From Candidatus Enterousia sp. (GTDB lineage: Bacteria; Pseudomonadota; Alphaproteobacteria; Rs-D84): a DNA stretch of 64,000 bases. The notes under the pieces are model-generated. The model saw nothing but the letters and a program-made list of their open reading frames with translations, was not told where the DNA came from and did no database searches. How positions within the stretch are numbered: position 1 is the stretch's first letter; every line of letters starts with the position of its first letter. A program made the translations under genes and the position numbers. Location: assembly GCA_045646605.1 (NCBI GenBank), contig JAZRLA010000005.1, positions 11,519 to 75,518 of the forward strand. The letters are read 5' to 3'. Of this stretch, positions 27,770 through 36,391 are shown one piece after another.

Positions 27770-27927
27770 GTCACACCGCTGAAGAGCGGTGCCCAGGCCG
27801 AACGGAGTGAGGACTTGCCCCGCAGGGAGTCTGAAACACAAGTTCAGAATAACAATTTATTTGATGTCTGCGACGCAAGTTTTTGCATTCGCAAAAACTG
27901 GATCCCGCGCTTTTCCGCGGGATGACG
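27770..27927. repeat. ~155-nt composite hairpin repeat, copy 1 of 2
   Basis: Shares GTCACACCGCTGAAGAGCGGTGCCCAG, CTTGCCCCGCAGGGA, TGTCTGCGACGCA, TTCGCAAA and GAT(n)CCCG...CGGGATGACG blocks, in the same order, with 58210-58359. Confidence 0.8.
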
Positions 27928-27950
27928 ACATTGTGAAACATGCACGCATA

Positions 27951-27976
27951 AAAAAACCGCCGAAGCGGTTTTCTTT
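27951..27976 (-). terminator. Rho-independent terminator downstream of the His-rich protein gene
   Basis: AAACCGC-CGAA-GCGGTTT hairpin flanked by an A-run and a T-run, adjacent to the stop codon at 27977-27979. Confidence 0.65.
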
Positions 27977-28270
27977 TTATATTATTGCCGATAGTAATAT
28001 TGCCGTTGCAACAATCCAATCACCCGCACGAACACCATGGTGATGATGGTGGTGATGATGGTGCGATACATGAACCGGCGTCGGGGCAGGGTGCACATTA
28101 TGATGCGTCACATGATGGCCACCATGTCTTGGCGCACTGTGCGTATGTGTCACAAATTGCCGTTGCGCATGATGATTTCCACCGCCGCGATTCGGTGCCG
28201 CATTCGCCGACCCAATGCACAACGCCGCCGCAACCGCCACAGATGTAAGGAATAGATTTGTTTTTTTCAT
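27977..28270 (-). CDS. Secreted histidine-rich small protein (97 aa)
   Basis: The start is taken at MKKTNLFLTSVAVAAALCIGSANA (ATG at 28270, with an AAGGAGA RBS). About one third of the mature part is His, including a run of nine. The tail is hydrophobic (DWIVATAILLSAII). Confidence 0.7.
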   Translation of the reverse strand: MKKTNLFLTSVAVAAALCIGSANAAPNRGGGNHHAQRQFVTHTHSAPRHGGHHVTHHNVHPAPTPVHVSHHHHHHHHHGVRAGDWIVATAILLSAII

Positions 28271-28437
28271 GTTTATCTCCTTTGGTTCAAATTTATTATA
28301 TAATATAATGATTATAAAAATCAACAATTATTTTTATAAACCAAATTTCGTAAACTTTATTGAATTTTATGCTTGCACGAATCGGGAAAAAGTTTCTATA
28401 TTCACATATCAAATTTGCAAACAAGGGAGGAAACCTT

Positions 28438-28815
28438 ATGATTGTTGGTATCGGAATTGACTTGGTCGAATCGGGTCGTTTTCTTGATTGGTCCGCATTC
28501 AAAAAACAACGCATATTTACGAAAAAGGAACTTGAATACGCGGACGCAGACAACGCAAACGCTGAAAAACATCTTGCAAATTTTTGGGCCGCGCGTGAGG
28601 CTTGCTTAAAGGCACTTGGCACCGGTTTTGGCGACGATATCGCTTTTTCCGACATATCGGTTGTACATGATGACAACGGACATCCTGAAATCATGATCGC
28701 CGGTGGCGCACGCAACGCATTAAAGGAACTTGCCGGAATAACAGCGGCGGTTCATCTTTCTATCTCTGACCAGGATAATTTTTCCATCGCAATGGTTGTA
28801 ATAGAAAAACAGTAA
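28438..28815 (+). CDS. acpS: Holo-ACP synthase (4'-phosphopantetheinyl transferase)
   Basis: MIVGIGIDLVESGRF...FTKKELEYA...ANFWAAREACLKALGTG..., with an AAGGGAGG RBS. Confidence 0.9.
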   Translation: MIVGIGIDLVESGRFLDWSAFKKQRIFTKKELEYADADNANAEKHLANFWAAREACLKALGTGFGDDIAFSDISVVHDDNGHPEIMIAGGARNALKELAGITAAVHLSISDQDNFSIAMVVIEKQ

Positions 28816-28835
28816 GTTTTCACAAATGTCAAAGC

Positions 28836-28870
28836 AAAAAATATCACACATTTCTGTGTGATATCTTTTT
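28836..28870. terminator. Bidirectional rho-independent terminator
   Basis: Perfect 10-bp stem ATATCACACA/TGTGTGATAT with a TTTC loop, flanked by A5 and T5, between the convergent acpS and the 752-aa gene. Confidence 0.65.
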
Positions 28871-28886
28871 ACAAACCACAACTTTT

Positions 28887-31145
28887 TTAATCTGCAATAA
28901 ACGTTACGGTTTTTGTAACACTATACTGACCACCATCATGAACACTAAAATCACGCTGTGTTTCATCCACTGGTTCAGGTTCCGCAACATAATTATCATA
29001 ATCCGGTTCTATATATTGTGGCTGTGGCACATATTGAGGTTCCGGTATAACATAGTCATCCGTTACATATTCGACATTTGCCGGATTATTATATTCAACA
29101 ACCGTTTCAACATCTTCGCCCACATACGGCATCGGCACAGAAACTATTTCATCTTCTATTATAACATCAGGCGCGGTAACGGTCGTGACCTGAACCACCG
29201 GTTCGGCTACCTCTACAAACACTGGTTTATCATCACGCGAAACACCATACGGCACCTTGCGCGCCAAGACATCTTCTTCGGGTTCAACCACCGGCACATC
29301 CGGTTCACCACCCCGCAAGATATCATCATTTGGATAACGTACCTCTATCGGTTTATCCACCGGTGTCGGTTCAACCACCGGCACATCCGGTTCAACAAAT
29401 GGCGGTTCTATTTCAATCGGCGGGTTCACCGGCGTCGGTTCAACAACCGGTGGCGTCGGTTCAGGATCAAAAATCGGGACCGATCCACCATTTTTCTTTT
29501 GATATAACCAGAGCGTGAAAATCGATAATGCAATCAATAAAATCAGCAAAACATAATACGCAAAACCCGAACGTTTTTCACCAACCGGGCGTGGATTTTC
29601 GTCATGTTGAATTGGCGACATTGGTCTTGTCTCTTCCACCGGCGTCTTTGGAACAGCAACCGGCGAAAAAGGACGTTTTGGTGCCTCAACCCCGCGATTA
29701 TCATACTGTGCACTGCTTACTTGCCCCGTGGTATCAATATCAGCCGGCACAGATTCATCCACAGATTTTATTGTATTAATCACAGATTCACCTTTTTGTT
29801 CATCAAAATTCTTTTCGGTATATTCCGGTTCATCATGGCCATAATCGCCAAAATCTCTACGACCAAAATTATCTTCAAACTCACTTTTTGCTTCTTCATC
29901 ACCTTTCTGTGTATCCGCATCATCTTCCACATGTGCATCATCCAAAGGCTTTATTTCAAAACTTGATTCATCACGTGCCGGTTTTAACTCCTTAGATTCT
30001 TTTTCCGTATAATCATCCGCATCACTATCAATATCCGTATGCGGCAAGGCATCATCCACACCATATTCCGTATCATCACTTGATTCATCTTCACCCGGGA
30101 AACCAAATGCGGCATCATTTCTGTCGCCATCATCATGCACCACTTCGGGCTTTGGTTCTTCTTTGATTGCGGCATACGGTGACAACGGCCGTTCCGGTTC
30201 AGATTGCCGAACTTTCTTCGAACGCGCCGCCGGTTTAATATCACCAAAATCAACCGGTTTAAACGCTATATCATCATCCAAAATTTCTGGATCCTTATCC
30301 AAAAGTGGCTTTACTTCTTCTGAATCATTTGACATATCTAAATCCTCCAGTTTTTGGTCATCAATTTCCACATTTTCATCTGTCACAGGCATCTTTGCAA
30401 CATCATCCTTTTTTACCTTGGCATCAATAACACGATGTTTTTCGGCAACATCCACATCAACCGACGGCCGACGCAACGCCAACAACGCCATCGCCGAATT
30501 TGCTTCTTCGGTTGCAATTTCAACACGCCGCCGCGCATTATCAAGACGCCTTTCTGCACGCAACAATTTATCTTCGGTTGATTCAATCTGCGCTTCGACC
30601 CGCAAAATTCTTGACGCCGATTGCTTGGTCGGTTCACGTCCAACAAAAGATTTTTGACGGGCAAGTCTATCGCGCAAAACACGCATACGGTCATTTAAAC
30701 TCTTTATCGTATGTTCCGCTTTACCCATAGTAATCTTTGCCTGGGCAACTTCATCCTGGGCATTGGTCAACCTTACCGTTGCCGCACGTCGCACCGCCGC
30801 ATCACGAAAGTCAACCAAATCCGCAAGTGCCGCACCCAAATCACCATGCGCCTCATACGCACTTATTAAATCTTCGTAAACATCGATTCCGCCGTATTCT
30901 ATATCCAGTTTCTGATATTTATTATCACGCCGCGGACGCACAACCTCTAAATCAACATTATACACATTTTGCAACAAATCATCCCAGCGCCGCGTTCCAT
31001 CAGACCGCACAACCAACAAAACATTAGGCTTATATTCATCAATTGTTTCATCAACAACAAACGCCAATTTATTACCATCATCATACCACGCGCGCAAAAC
31101 ATTCCCCGCAATATCATATTCGGCAAGACGTAAATTTTGCAACAT
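28887..31145 (-). CDS. Hypothetical acidic bitopic membrane protein (752 aa)
   Basis: The start is taken at MLQNLRL (ATG at 31145, with AGGAGGG 8 nt upstream). It has an N-terminal coiled-coil-like region, a long Asp/Glu-rich region, one TM segment (FAYYVLLILLIALSIFTLWLY), and a Pro/Val/Glu-rich C-terminus (PVVEPTPV repeats). Confidence 0.75.
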   Translation of the reverse strand: MLQNLRLAEYDIAGNVLRAWYDDGNKLAFVVDETIDEYKPNVLLVVRSDGTRRWDDLLQNVYNVDLEVVRPRRDNKYQKLDIEYGGIDVYEDLISAYEAHGDLGAALADLVDFRDAAVRRAATVRLTNAQDEVAQAKITMGKAEHTIKSLNDRMRVLRDRLARQKSFVGREPTKQSASRILRVEAQIESTEDKLLRAERRLDNARRRVEIATEEANSAMALLALRRPSVDVDVAEKHRVIDAKVKKDDVAKMPVTDENVEIDDQKLEDLDMSNDSEEVKPLLDKDPEILDDDIAFKPVDFGDIKPAARSKKVRQSEPERPLSPYAAIKEEPKPEVVHDDGDRNDAAFGFPGEDESSDDTEYGVDDALPHTDIDSDADDYTEKESKELKPARDESSFEIKPLDDAHVEDDADTQKGDEEAKSEFEDNFGRRDFGDYGHDEPEYTEKNFDEQKGESVINTIKSVDESVPADIDTTGQVSSAQYDNRGVEAPKRPFSPVAVPKTPVEETRPMSPIQHDENPRPVGEKRSGFAYYVLLILLIALSIFTLWLYQKKNGGSVPIFDPEPTPPVVEPTPVNPPIEIEPPFVEPDVPVVEPTPVDKPIEVRYPNDDILRGGEPDVPVVEPEEDVLARKVPYGVSRDDKPVFVEVAEPVVQVTTVTAPDVIIEDEIVSVPMPYVGEDVETVVEYNNPANVEYVTDDYVIPEPQYVPQPQYIEPDYDNYVAEPEPVDETQRDFSVHDGGQYSVTKTVTFIAD

Positions 31146-31179
31146 TATTTTCCCTCCTGGCATCTTTACACCCCGTGGT

Positions 31180-31740
31180 TTACTTCTTTTTCAACGGCGC
31201 AAACTGATATGCCTGTTTACAATGTTCATAGCAATACGGTTTACCAACAAATACCGGATTGCCACAAAAATGAAAATTTTCCGAATCTGGGTCACCAATC
31301 GGCCAACGACACTGATTCGGTTTAAGGTTTGCCATTTCCAACGCATGTTGCACCATACGTTGATGCACCGAAAACCCCTTGCCGGCGATCGCATGCCCCA
31401 CGGCCCGTTTAGGCGCAGTTTTTACCGTCGTTTCTTCCTTTGTTACGGATTTTACCTTGGCACCCTTGGATACCGGTGACGACTTTTTAACCACCTTGGC
31501 AACCACCGGTTCCTTTTCCGACTTTTTTGACACAGGCTTTTTCACCGCGACCTTTTTCACGTTTTTTTTGGTCGCCACATCCGAATCGGTTGCACCGGCA
31601 TTCCAACCCATACGATGCAATTTACCCACAACCGCATTTTTCGAAATTCCCAATTTTTTACCAATTTCCGCAGTAGACAAACCCTTGCCCACCAAGGCTT
31701 TTAGCTTTTTTAAAACATTATTATCCCACGCCTTACTCAT
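31180..31740 (-). CDS. gcrA: GcrA-family cell-cycle regulator
   Basis: The N-terminus W.....LKALVGKGLSTAEIGKKLGISKNAVVGKLHRMGW and the C-terminus CRWPIGDPDSENFHFCGNPVFVGKPYCYEHCKQAY match the GcrA signature. The two are joined by a Lys-rich linker. Confidence 0.9.
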   Translation of the reverse strand: MSKAWDNNVLKKLKALVGKGLSTAEIGKKLGISKNAVVGKLHRMGWNAGATDSDVATKKNVKKVAVKKPVSKKSEKEPVVAKVVKKSSPVSKGAKVKSVTKEETTVKTAPKRAVGHAIAGKGFSVHQRMVQHALEMANLKPNQCRWPIGDPDSENFHFCGNPVFVGKPYCYEHCKQAYQFAPLKKK

Positions 31741-31817
31741 TTTATATTAACCCTGCGCTTAGATTTATGATAAGATTATACTAGCACATAACCGATTCGA
31801 AACGCAAGGGGGAAATA

Positions 31818-32297
31818 ATGTTTTTATACATATTTTGGTCTTTTTTTTCGGTTTTAATTCTTATGGCACTGGGACTTTCGTATAAAATCGCGAAAACTGA
31901 CATGCGCCGGCGAATTATTCCGGACGGATACTTGTTTCCGCTGTTAATAATTGGGGTCATCATCACAACATTTTTTCCATGGCCAACCAACATCGAATCG
32001 GGCGCAATCGGCATGGCATTCGGCTATATGCTTGCGGCCATCGTCGGACTGGTCTTTGATAAGATTTTAACCCGAAAAAATCCAAAGGCTGAAAGTCCAA
32101 TCGGCATGGGCGACATAAAACTAATAAGTGTCGGTGGTCTTTGGTGCGGACCGACCGGTTTGGCAATTGCGCTGGTGTTGGCGTGCATATTCGGTGCGAC
32201 ATGGGCATATCGAAAGAAACAGAAATTTATTCCTTTTGCGCCTTTTTTCATAATTGGTGGATTTTTATCTTTGATTATAATCGCGTTTTTGATATAA
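31818..32297 (+). CDS. A24-family prepilin peptidase homologue (CpaA/TadV-like, 159 aa)
   Basis: Polytopic protein with the two catalytic Asp contexts RRRIIPDGYLFPL and GMGDIKLISVGGLWCG. Confidence 0.8.
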   Translation: MFLYIFWSFFSVLILMALGLSYKIAKTDMRRRIIPDGYLFPLLIIGVIITTFFPWPTNIESGAIGMAFGYMLAAIVGLVFDKILTRKNPKAESPIGMGDIKLISVGGLWCGPTGLAIALVLACIFGATWAYRKKQKFIPFAPFFIIGGFLSLIIIAFLI

Positions 32298-32320
32298 TAG
32301 ACGCATAAACTGGATAGAGA

Positions 32321-33988
32321 ATGAAAAGAACCAATTGTTTGTTGACGTTATCGGTTGCGGTATTGTGCACCGCAGGGCGCGCGTATTCGGCCGGCGTGGC
32401 ACCGGCAATATTGTCAAACTATGGCGAAATTCAATCGGTAAAAAATTACTCGTCTAATCCATTTTGGAATAAAAACAGCCCATATAACCAAAACTTTCCA
32501 AAGCCAATCTATGCAACTGGTGCGGATTTGAATACCGGCGATTGCAATCGAATTGTGGAAAATTTGGTAACATCGTATTGCGCCGAACATAACTATTGTT
32601 ATGGTTTGCGAATCGCGGATGTTCGCCCAACGATAATGGTTCAATTGTCACAATTACCGGGACATAATTTTGCAACATCTTGCGGTGGATATATCGATTC
32701 CGCGTTCGACAAATTTCAAAAAGACTACGGCAATACGTCCACGGTGAATTTACCAAAACCGGCATCGCAACCAACAAATATTGAAATTGCAAATCCGTTT
32801 GCACCAAAACAAACGGCGGTGCAAAAGGCCATTGCCGACCGCACCGCGGAACTTGAAAAATTACAGTCAATAACAACGCCAACCGCCGGTGTGCATGCGG
32901 AATATTTTCCAAAAACAACCGCGGATTTATCATTCACCGACCGCATCGCAAATACCGCCGCGGGGTATGAGCCGTACAAAGATAAAGAATCATACAAAAA
33001 ACCAAATTTCCTTGGCGAAGATGAAGAATTCTTTAATCGTCTAAAAGCGCAAAACTTTGAAAAGTTCTGTGAACGCCGCCCGGACGATAAAGATTGCGAA
33101 GCAAAATATTGTAAAGAGCACCCAACGGATCCAAGGTGCAAGAAAAAAGATCCCAATAACCCGGACCCCGATCCGACCCCAGATCCGAACCAGGATCCTG
33201 TTGTCAACGTTACTTGCCAACCGTCAATGCCAGAAGACACGCCGGATTGTCTATCTAAATTAACAAATATCATATCTCTTAATGCAAAAGAAACTATAAA
33301 TGATATTGCGAAAGATTCCACACGTCTCACCACAATAGGAAATGCAATTCTTAAATCATGTATTACCCCAGGAATAACAAATCACACATTATCCGCGTTT
33401 AATGAATGGTTACATAAACACGATAGCATACCAATAACCATTGGAACACAAGTCTGCTTTTTTAATGCGGAAACAGTATTTAATTACGTAAATTTTCCGA
33501 CTTCGGTTTTGTTTTCAAAATCCCCTAATCTTAAACCAGGCGACAGCGTACAAACGTTCAACGGTGGCTATGTCACAACTGACAAATGTTCTGACCAGTC
33601 TATTGGTGGACATAGTGATCATAAAACAACAGTGCACTTAGCTGCAAATGCAGTAAACTTTCCGCACAATTGCGAAAACGGCATCACGTATTTTGTGGAT
33701 TATCCTGTTGGCAATGCAAACCGTGTATTTCCAGGACTTTTGTTAGAAAGTTGTGCTTCTTTCTTTGGTCAAGAACATCTAATCAGAATTCTGAATTATA
33801 AAACTGCACTAACTCTTGTGCGTACATTTGTAGACAATCTTAACGATACACAACATAACAAACACTGTGCCAACCAGGGATTAAATGTGTACCTTGTAAA
33901 ACAACCTGATGTTGAATATACCAGAGTAAGACACGGCAATAAAGTTAACACATTAACCATTGTCACAAATCCATACAATATTCCATAA
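32321..33988 (+). CDS. Hypothetical secreted protein (555 aa)
   Basis: Signal peptide MKRTNCLLTLSVAVLCTAGRAYSA and a central Pro/Asp-rich linker (DPNNPDPDPTPDPNQDP). No recognisable family. Confidence 0.75.
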   Translation: MKRTNCLLTLSVAVLCTAGRAYSAGVAPAILSNYGEIQSVKNYSSNPFWNKNSPYNQNFPKPIYATGADLNTGDCNRIVENLVTSYCAEHNYCYGLRIADVRPTIMVQLSQLPGHNFATSCGGYIDSAFDKFQKDYGNTSTVNLPKPASQPTNIEIANPFAPKQTAVQKAIADRTAELEKLQSITTPTAGVHAEYFPKTTADLSFTDRIANTAAGYEPYKDKESYKKPNFLGEDEEFFNRLKAQNFEKFCERRPDDKDCEAKYCKEHPTDPRCKKKDPNNPDPDPTPDPNQDPVVNVTCQPSMPEDTPDCLSKLTNIISLNAKETINDIAKDSTRLTTIGNAILKSCITPGITNHTLSAFNEWLHKHDSIPITIGTQVCFFNAETVFNYVNFPTSVLFSKSPNLKPGDSVQTFNGGYVTTDKCSDQSIGGHSDHKTTVHLAANAVNFPHNCENGITYFVDYPVGNANRVFPGLLLESCASFFGQEHLIRILNYKTALTLVRTFVDNLNDTQHNKHCANQGLNVYLVKQPDVEYTRVRHGNKVNTLTIVTNPYNIP

Positions 33989-33998
33989 TACATGCACA

Positions 33999-35969
33999 AT
34001 GATATTAAAAATTCTCTTCTTTCTCCTCCCCCTTTCTGCGTTTGCAGCGGGCGGGGGCATAGAGCAAACCGCCAATTTACTTTCCACAAATGCGCCGGCA
34101 AATACGACATGCGTGCGTAATGCCTTTGTGAACGCGCTTTATGAAAATGCAGATAAAATTGATGAAACCGCACCGGAATCCGCGGTAAAGCAATGGATTT
34201 ATGACACGATTCAATCCGCCGAAACATTGGGCGATGTTTTAACTTGCCCCGAAATTATGGATGCGGACGAAAACGAAACTATACGATTTTTACCAATACA
34301 ATACACATTTCCGAACGGCCGTGAAATTGTTGTAAATTATGAAACCCAGCCAAAGGTTTTAGAGCAACGTTTCATGCTGTCCACAAAAACAGAATTGCCG
34401 ACAAACGACCCAAATCCCGCCGTTTCTGAATTCGATGAAACCGCGACATGGACAAACACCGAACCCGCATGGTATGGAATTATGGTTGTACAATCAGGTG
34501 CACTGCACGATTTTGTTGGCCCCGACAAAAACAATACTGTTTCAATGGAATATATTAACAGTAATATCAACAATCTTTATCCACGCGACATGGATGGCAT
34601 GTGTTCCACGCGTTCGGGAATGACCGCAAAATTGCGGGATTCTATGGTGCATAAAGTTTTGCATGAACACACCGCAAAACATGACGACGACAAAAACAAT
34701 TACTATATCGCCGGCGACATAAACCTGCGTTGGATATCATTCGCAGAAATCGCACTTGATGTTGCCCTTACGGTGGCAAGTTTCGGCACATTCGCGGCGG
34801 CAACCGGTGGTATAAAAATGGCACGTGCAATGCGTATAATTGGCAAAATCAGCAAGAACATGAAAACACTTGCCAGGCTTGACAAAGTAAAAGATTATAT
34901 TTCCGCATCCGTAAAGGTCGCGCGAATGACCAAAGAAATCGACAACATGAATGATATGGCAAAAACAATCAAAACCATCGACAAACTTGAAAAAACACTG
35001 GCCAAAACCGCCAAAGGTTCCACAAAGTATGAAAAAATTGCAAAACAACTTGATGCCGCGCGCAAACTAAAGGCCGACAATATGTGGAAACTGGGCAAAG
35101 CAGGCGAGGGCGTGGATAAAGTCGAAGACCTTGAAAAATTTACAAAAACGATAGAGGAAAACCGCAAACTGATCGACGAAACCGAAAAAACAATGTCTAA
35201 AATGGCGCGGGCGGACAAAAATGTTGCGGAATACGCGAAACAATCCAAAGAACTTGAAAAAGTAATAAAATACGCACGGGAATTAAAGTCATACAAAAAG
35301 GCGCGCACCGGAAATATGGTAAGCCGCGGATGGCAAGCGGCAAAAAATACCGGCAAAAGCATCAAAGCCGCGAACACCGGCGGAAAAATGCTTGATAACG
35401 CCGCCAAGGTTGCAACTAAAGGCGCCAAAACCGCCGCAAAAGTTGAAAAAGGATTGGCCAAAGGCGGAACCGAAGCCGCCCGCCAGGGCATAAAATCGGG
35501 CAGGGCGCGCGATTGGCTGTTTCACTCAACGATGCGTAATTTCGGCCGCATCACGAAAATCGGCGAAGGACTTGCCGTGTTGCACTTTGTGCTTGGATTA
35601 CTTGGTGATTTCTATGATTGGACAAACCCATCGACCGATGAATTTACAAACGGACTAAACATGAAACCGCTGTTACTGCTGTCCGCGGACGATATCGAAG
35701 GCCAAGATAATATCGTAAACTATGGCATGTGGCTAATGTGGTCGGGCGATTCATCTGTTCCCGAAGACGATGACGCCGCATACCTCCAAGCAATGGATTT
35801 CGCACAAAAGTTTTATCAAGACTTGGTCGAAACCCAGGAAGCCGAAAACCGTCACGCATGCGATGTTGATATCTATGTTGTACGCCCAATCATCCGTAAC
35901 CCCGGCCGCGAAAGCCAATCACTTTATTGGTTATTCATGAATGATATTCCATGGTCTACCGCCCGATAA
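33999..35969 (+). CDS. Hypothetical membrane protein with a Lys-rich central region (656 aa)
   Basis: The start is taken at MILKILFFLLPLSAFAAGGG, 10 nt after the upstream stop codon. There are hydrophobic segments at WISFAEIALDVALTVASFGTFAAATGGI and GEGLAVLHFVLGLLGDFY, with a K/A/E-rich stretch of about 230 aa between them. Confidence 0.75.
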   Translation: MILKILFFLLPLSAFAAGGGIEQTANLLSTNAPANTTCVRNAFVNALYENADKIDETAPESAVKQWIYDTIQSAETLGDVLTCPEIMDADENETIRFLPIQYTFPNGREIVVNYETQPKVLEQRFMLSTKTELPTNDPNPAVSEFDETATWTNTEPAWYGIMVVQSGALHDFVGPDKNNTVSMEYINSNINNLYPRDMDGMCSTRSGMTAKLRDSMVHKVLHEHTAKHDDDKNNYYIAGDINLRWISFAEIALDVALTVASFGTFAAATGGIKMARAMRIIGKISKNMKTLARLDKVKDYISASVKVARMTKEIDNMNDMAKTIKTIDKLEKTLAKTAKGSTKYEKIAKQLDAARKLKADNMWKLGKAGEGVDKVEDLEKFTKTIEENRKLIDETEKTMSKMARADKNVAEYAKQSKELEKVIKYARELKSYKKARTGNMVSRGWQAAKNTGKSIKAANTGGKMLDNAAKVATKGAKTAAKVEKGLAKGGTEAARQGIKSGRARDWLFHSTMRNFGRITKIGEGLAVLHFVLGLLGDFYDWTNPSTDEFTNGLNMKPLLLLSADDIEGQDNIVNYGMWLMWSGDSSVPEDDDAAYLQAMDFAQKFYQDLVETQEAENRHACDVDIYVVRPIIRNPGRESQSLYWLFMNDIPWSTAR

Positions 35970-36042
35970 AAAACCTGTTGTTTTAATTACTAATTTCGTG
36001 TAAAATGAAAGTACAGAAGACAAAAAAGCAAAGGAGGAAAGT

Positions 36043-36360
36043 ATGAAAAAACTTTTCATCGGTTTGGTTGTTGTATTATCAACCGTGGTTTCCGCCCACG
36101 CGTACCAGGTTTTATCTTCACGCGAGCTTGGCAAGGGCGACGCAAAAAATCAAAATGTCGTTGTCAAATGCACAACCGAAATGGGTAAACTTTCGAACCA
36201 AACATGCTCGTTGCGCCGATATGTAAAATGCAATGGCACGGGAATTAAAAAGAAATGTGGCGGATGGCAAGGCTGGCGCGATTTACGCAACCCGGAAAAA
36301 CAATTTTCCGACTGGAAAACCGCCGCAAATGAATGCTGTCGAACAATGGGATTACGATAG
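36043..36360 (+). CDS. Small secreted Cys-rich protein (105 aa)
   Basis: AAAGGAGGAAAG RBS, signal peptide MKKLFIGLVVVLSTVVSAHA, and 6 Cys in the mature part. Confidence 0.65.
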   Translation: MKKLFIGLVVVLSTVVSAHAYQVLSSRELGKGDAKNQNVVVKCTTEMGKLSNQTCSLRRYVKCNGTGIKKKCGGWQGWRDLRNPEKQFSDWKTAANECCRTMGLR

Positions 36361-36367
36361 AAAACAA

Positions 36368-36391
36368 AACGCCGGTTCATCCGGCGTTTTT
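36368..36391. terminator. Bidirectional rho-independent terminator
   Basis: AACGCCGG-TTCAT-CCGGCGTT followed by a T-run, between convergent genes. It overlaps the recombinase stop codon. Confidence 0.7.

Noticed and set aside
27506-27841. 111-aa ORF on the minus strand upstream of the GIY-YIG gene.
   Set aside because: It reads through the truncated tRNA-Pro copy, its promoter and repeat modules. It is an artefact of GC-rich repeat sequence.
28296-28715. 139-aa minus-strand ORF, and the upstream extension (28360) of the acpS ORF.
   Set aside because: acpS is clearly the real gene, with the conserved MIVGIGIDLVE start at 28438 and a strong RBS. The antisense ORF and the N-terminal extension lack support.
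31741-31817. CtrA box (TTAA-N7-TTAA) or a CcrM GANTC cluster in the gcrA/peptidase divergent promoter region.
   Set aside because: Only a half match (TTAACCCTGCGCTTAG) and a single GATTC were found. That is too weak to call in AT-rich DNA.
34895-35491. 198-aa antisense ORF inside the Lys-rich region of the 656-aa gene. Similar antisense ORFs occur at 25485-26129, 51410-52165, 58518-59468 and 16265-16636.
   Set aside because: These are complement-strand artefacts of Lys/Glu/Ala-rich or otherwise well-supported genes. The sense-strand products have signal peptides or conserved motifs, and the antisense ones do not.
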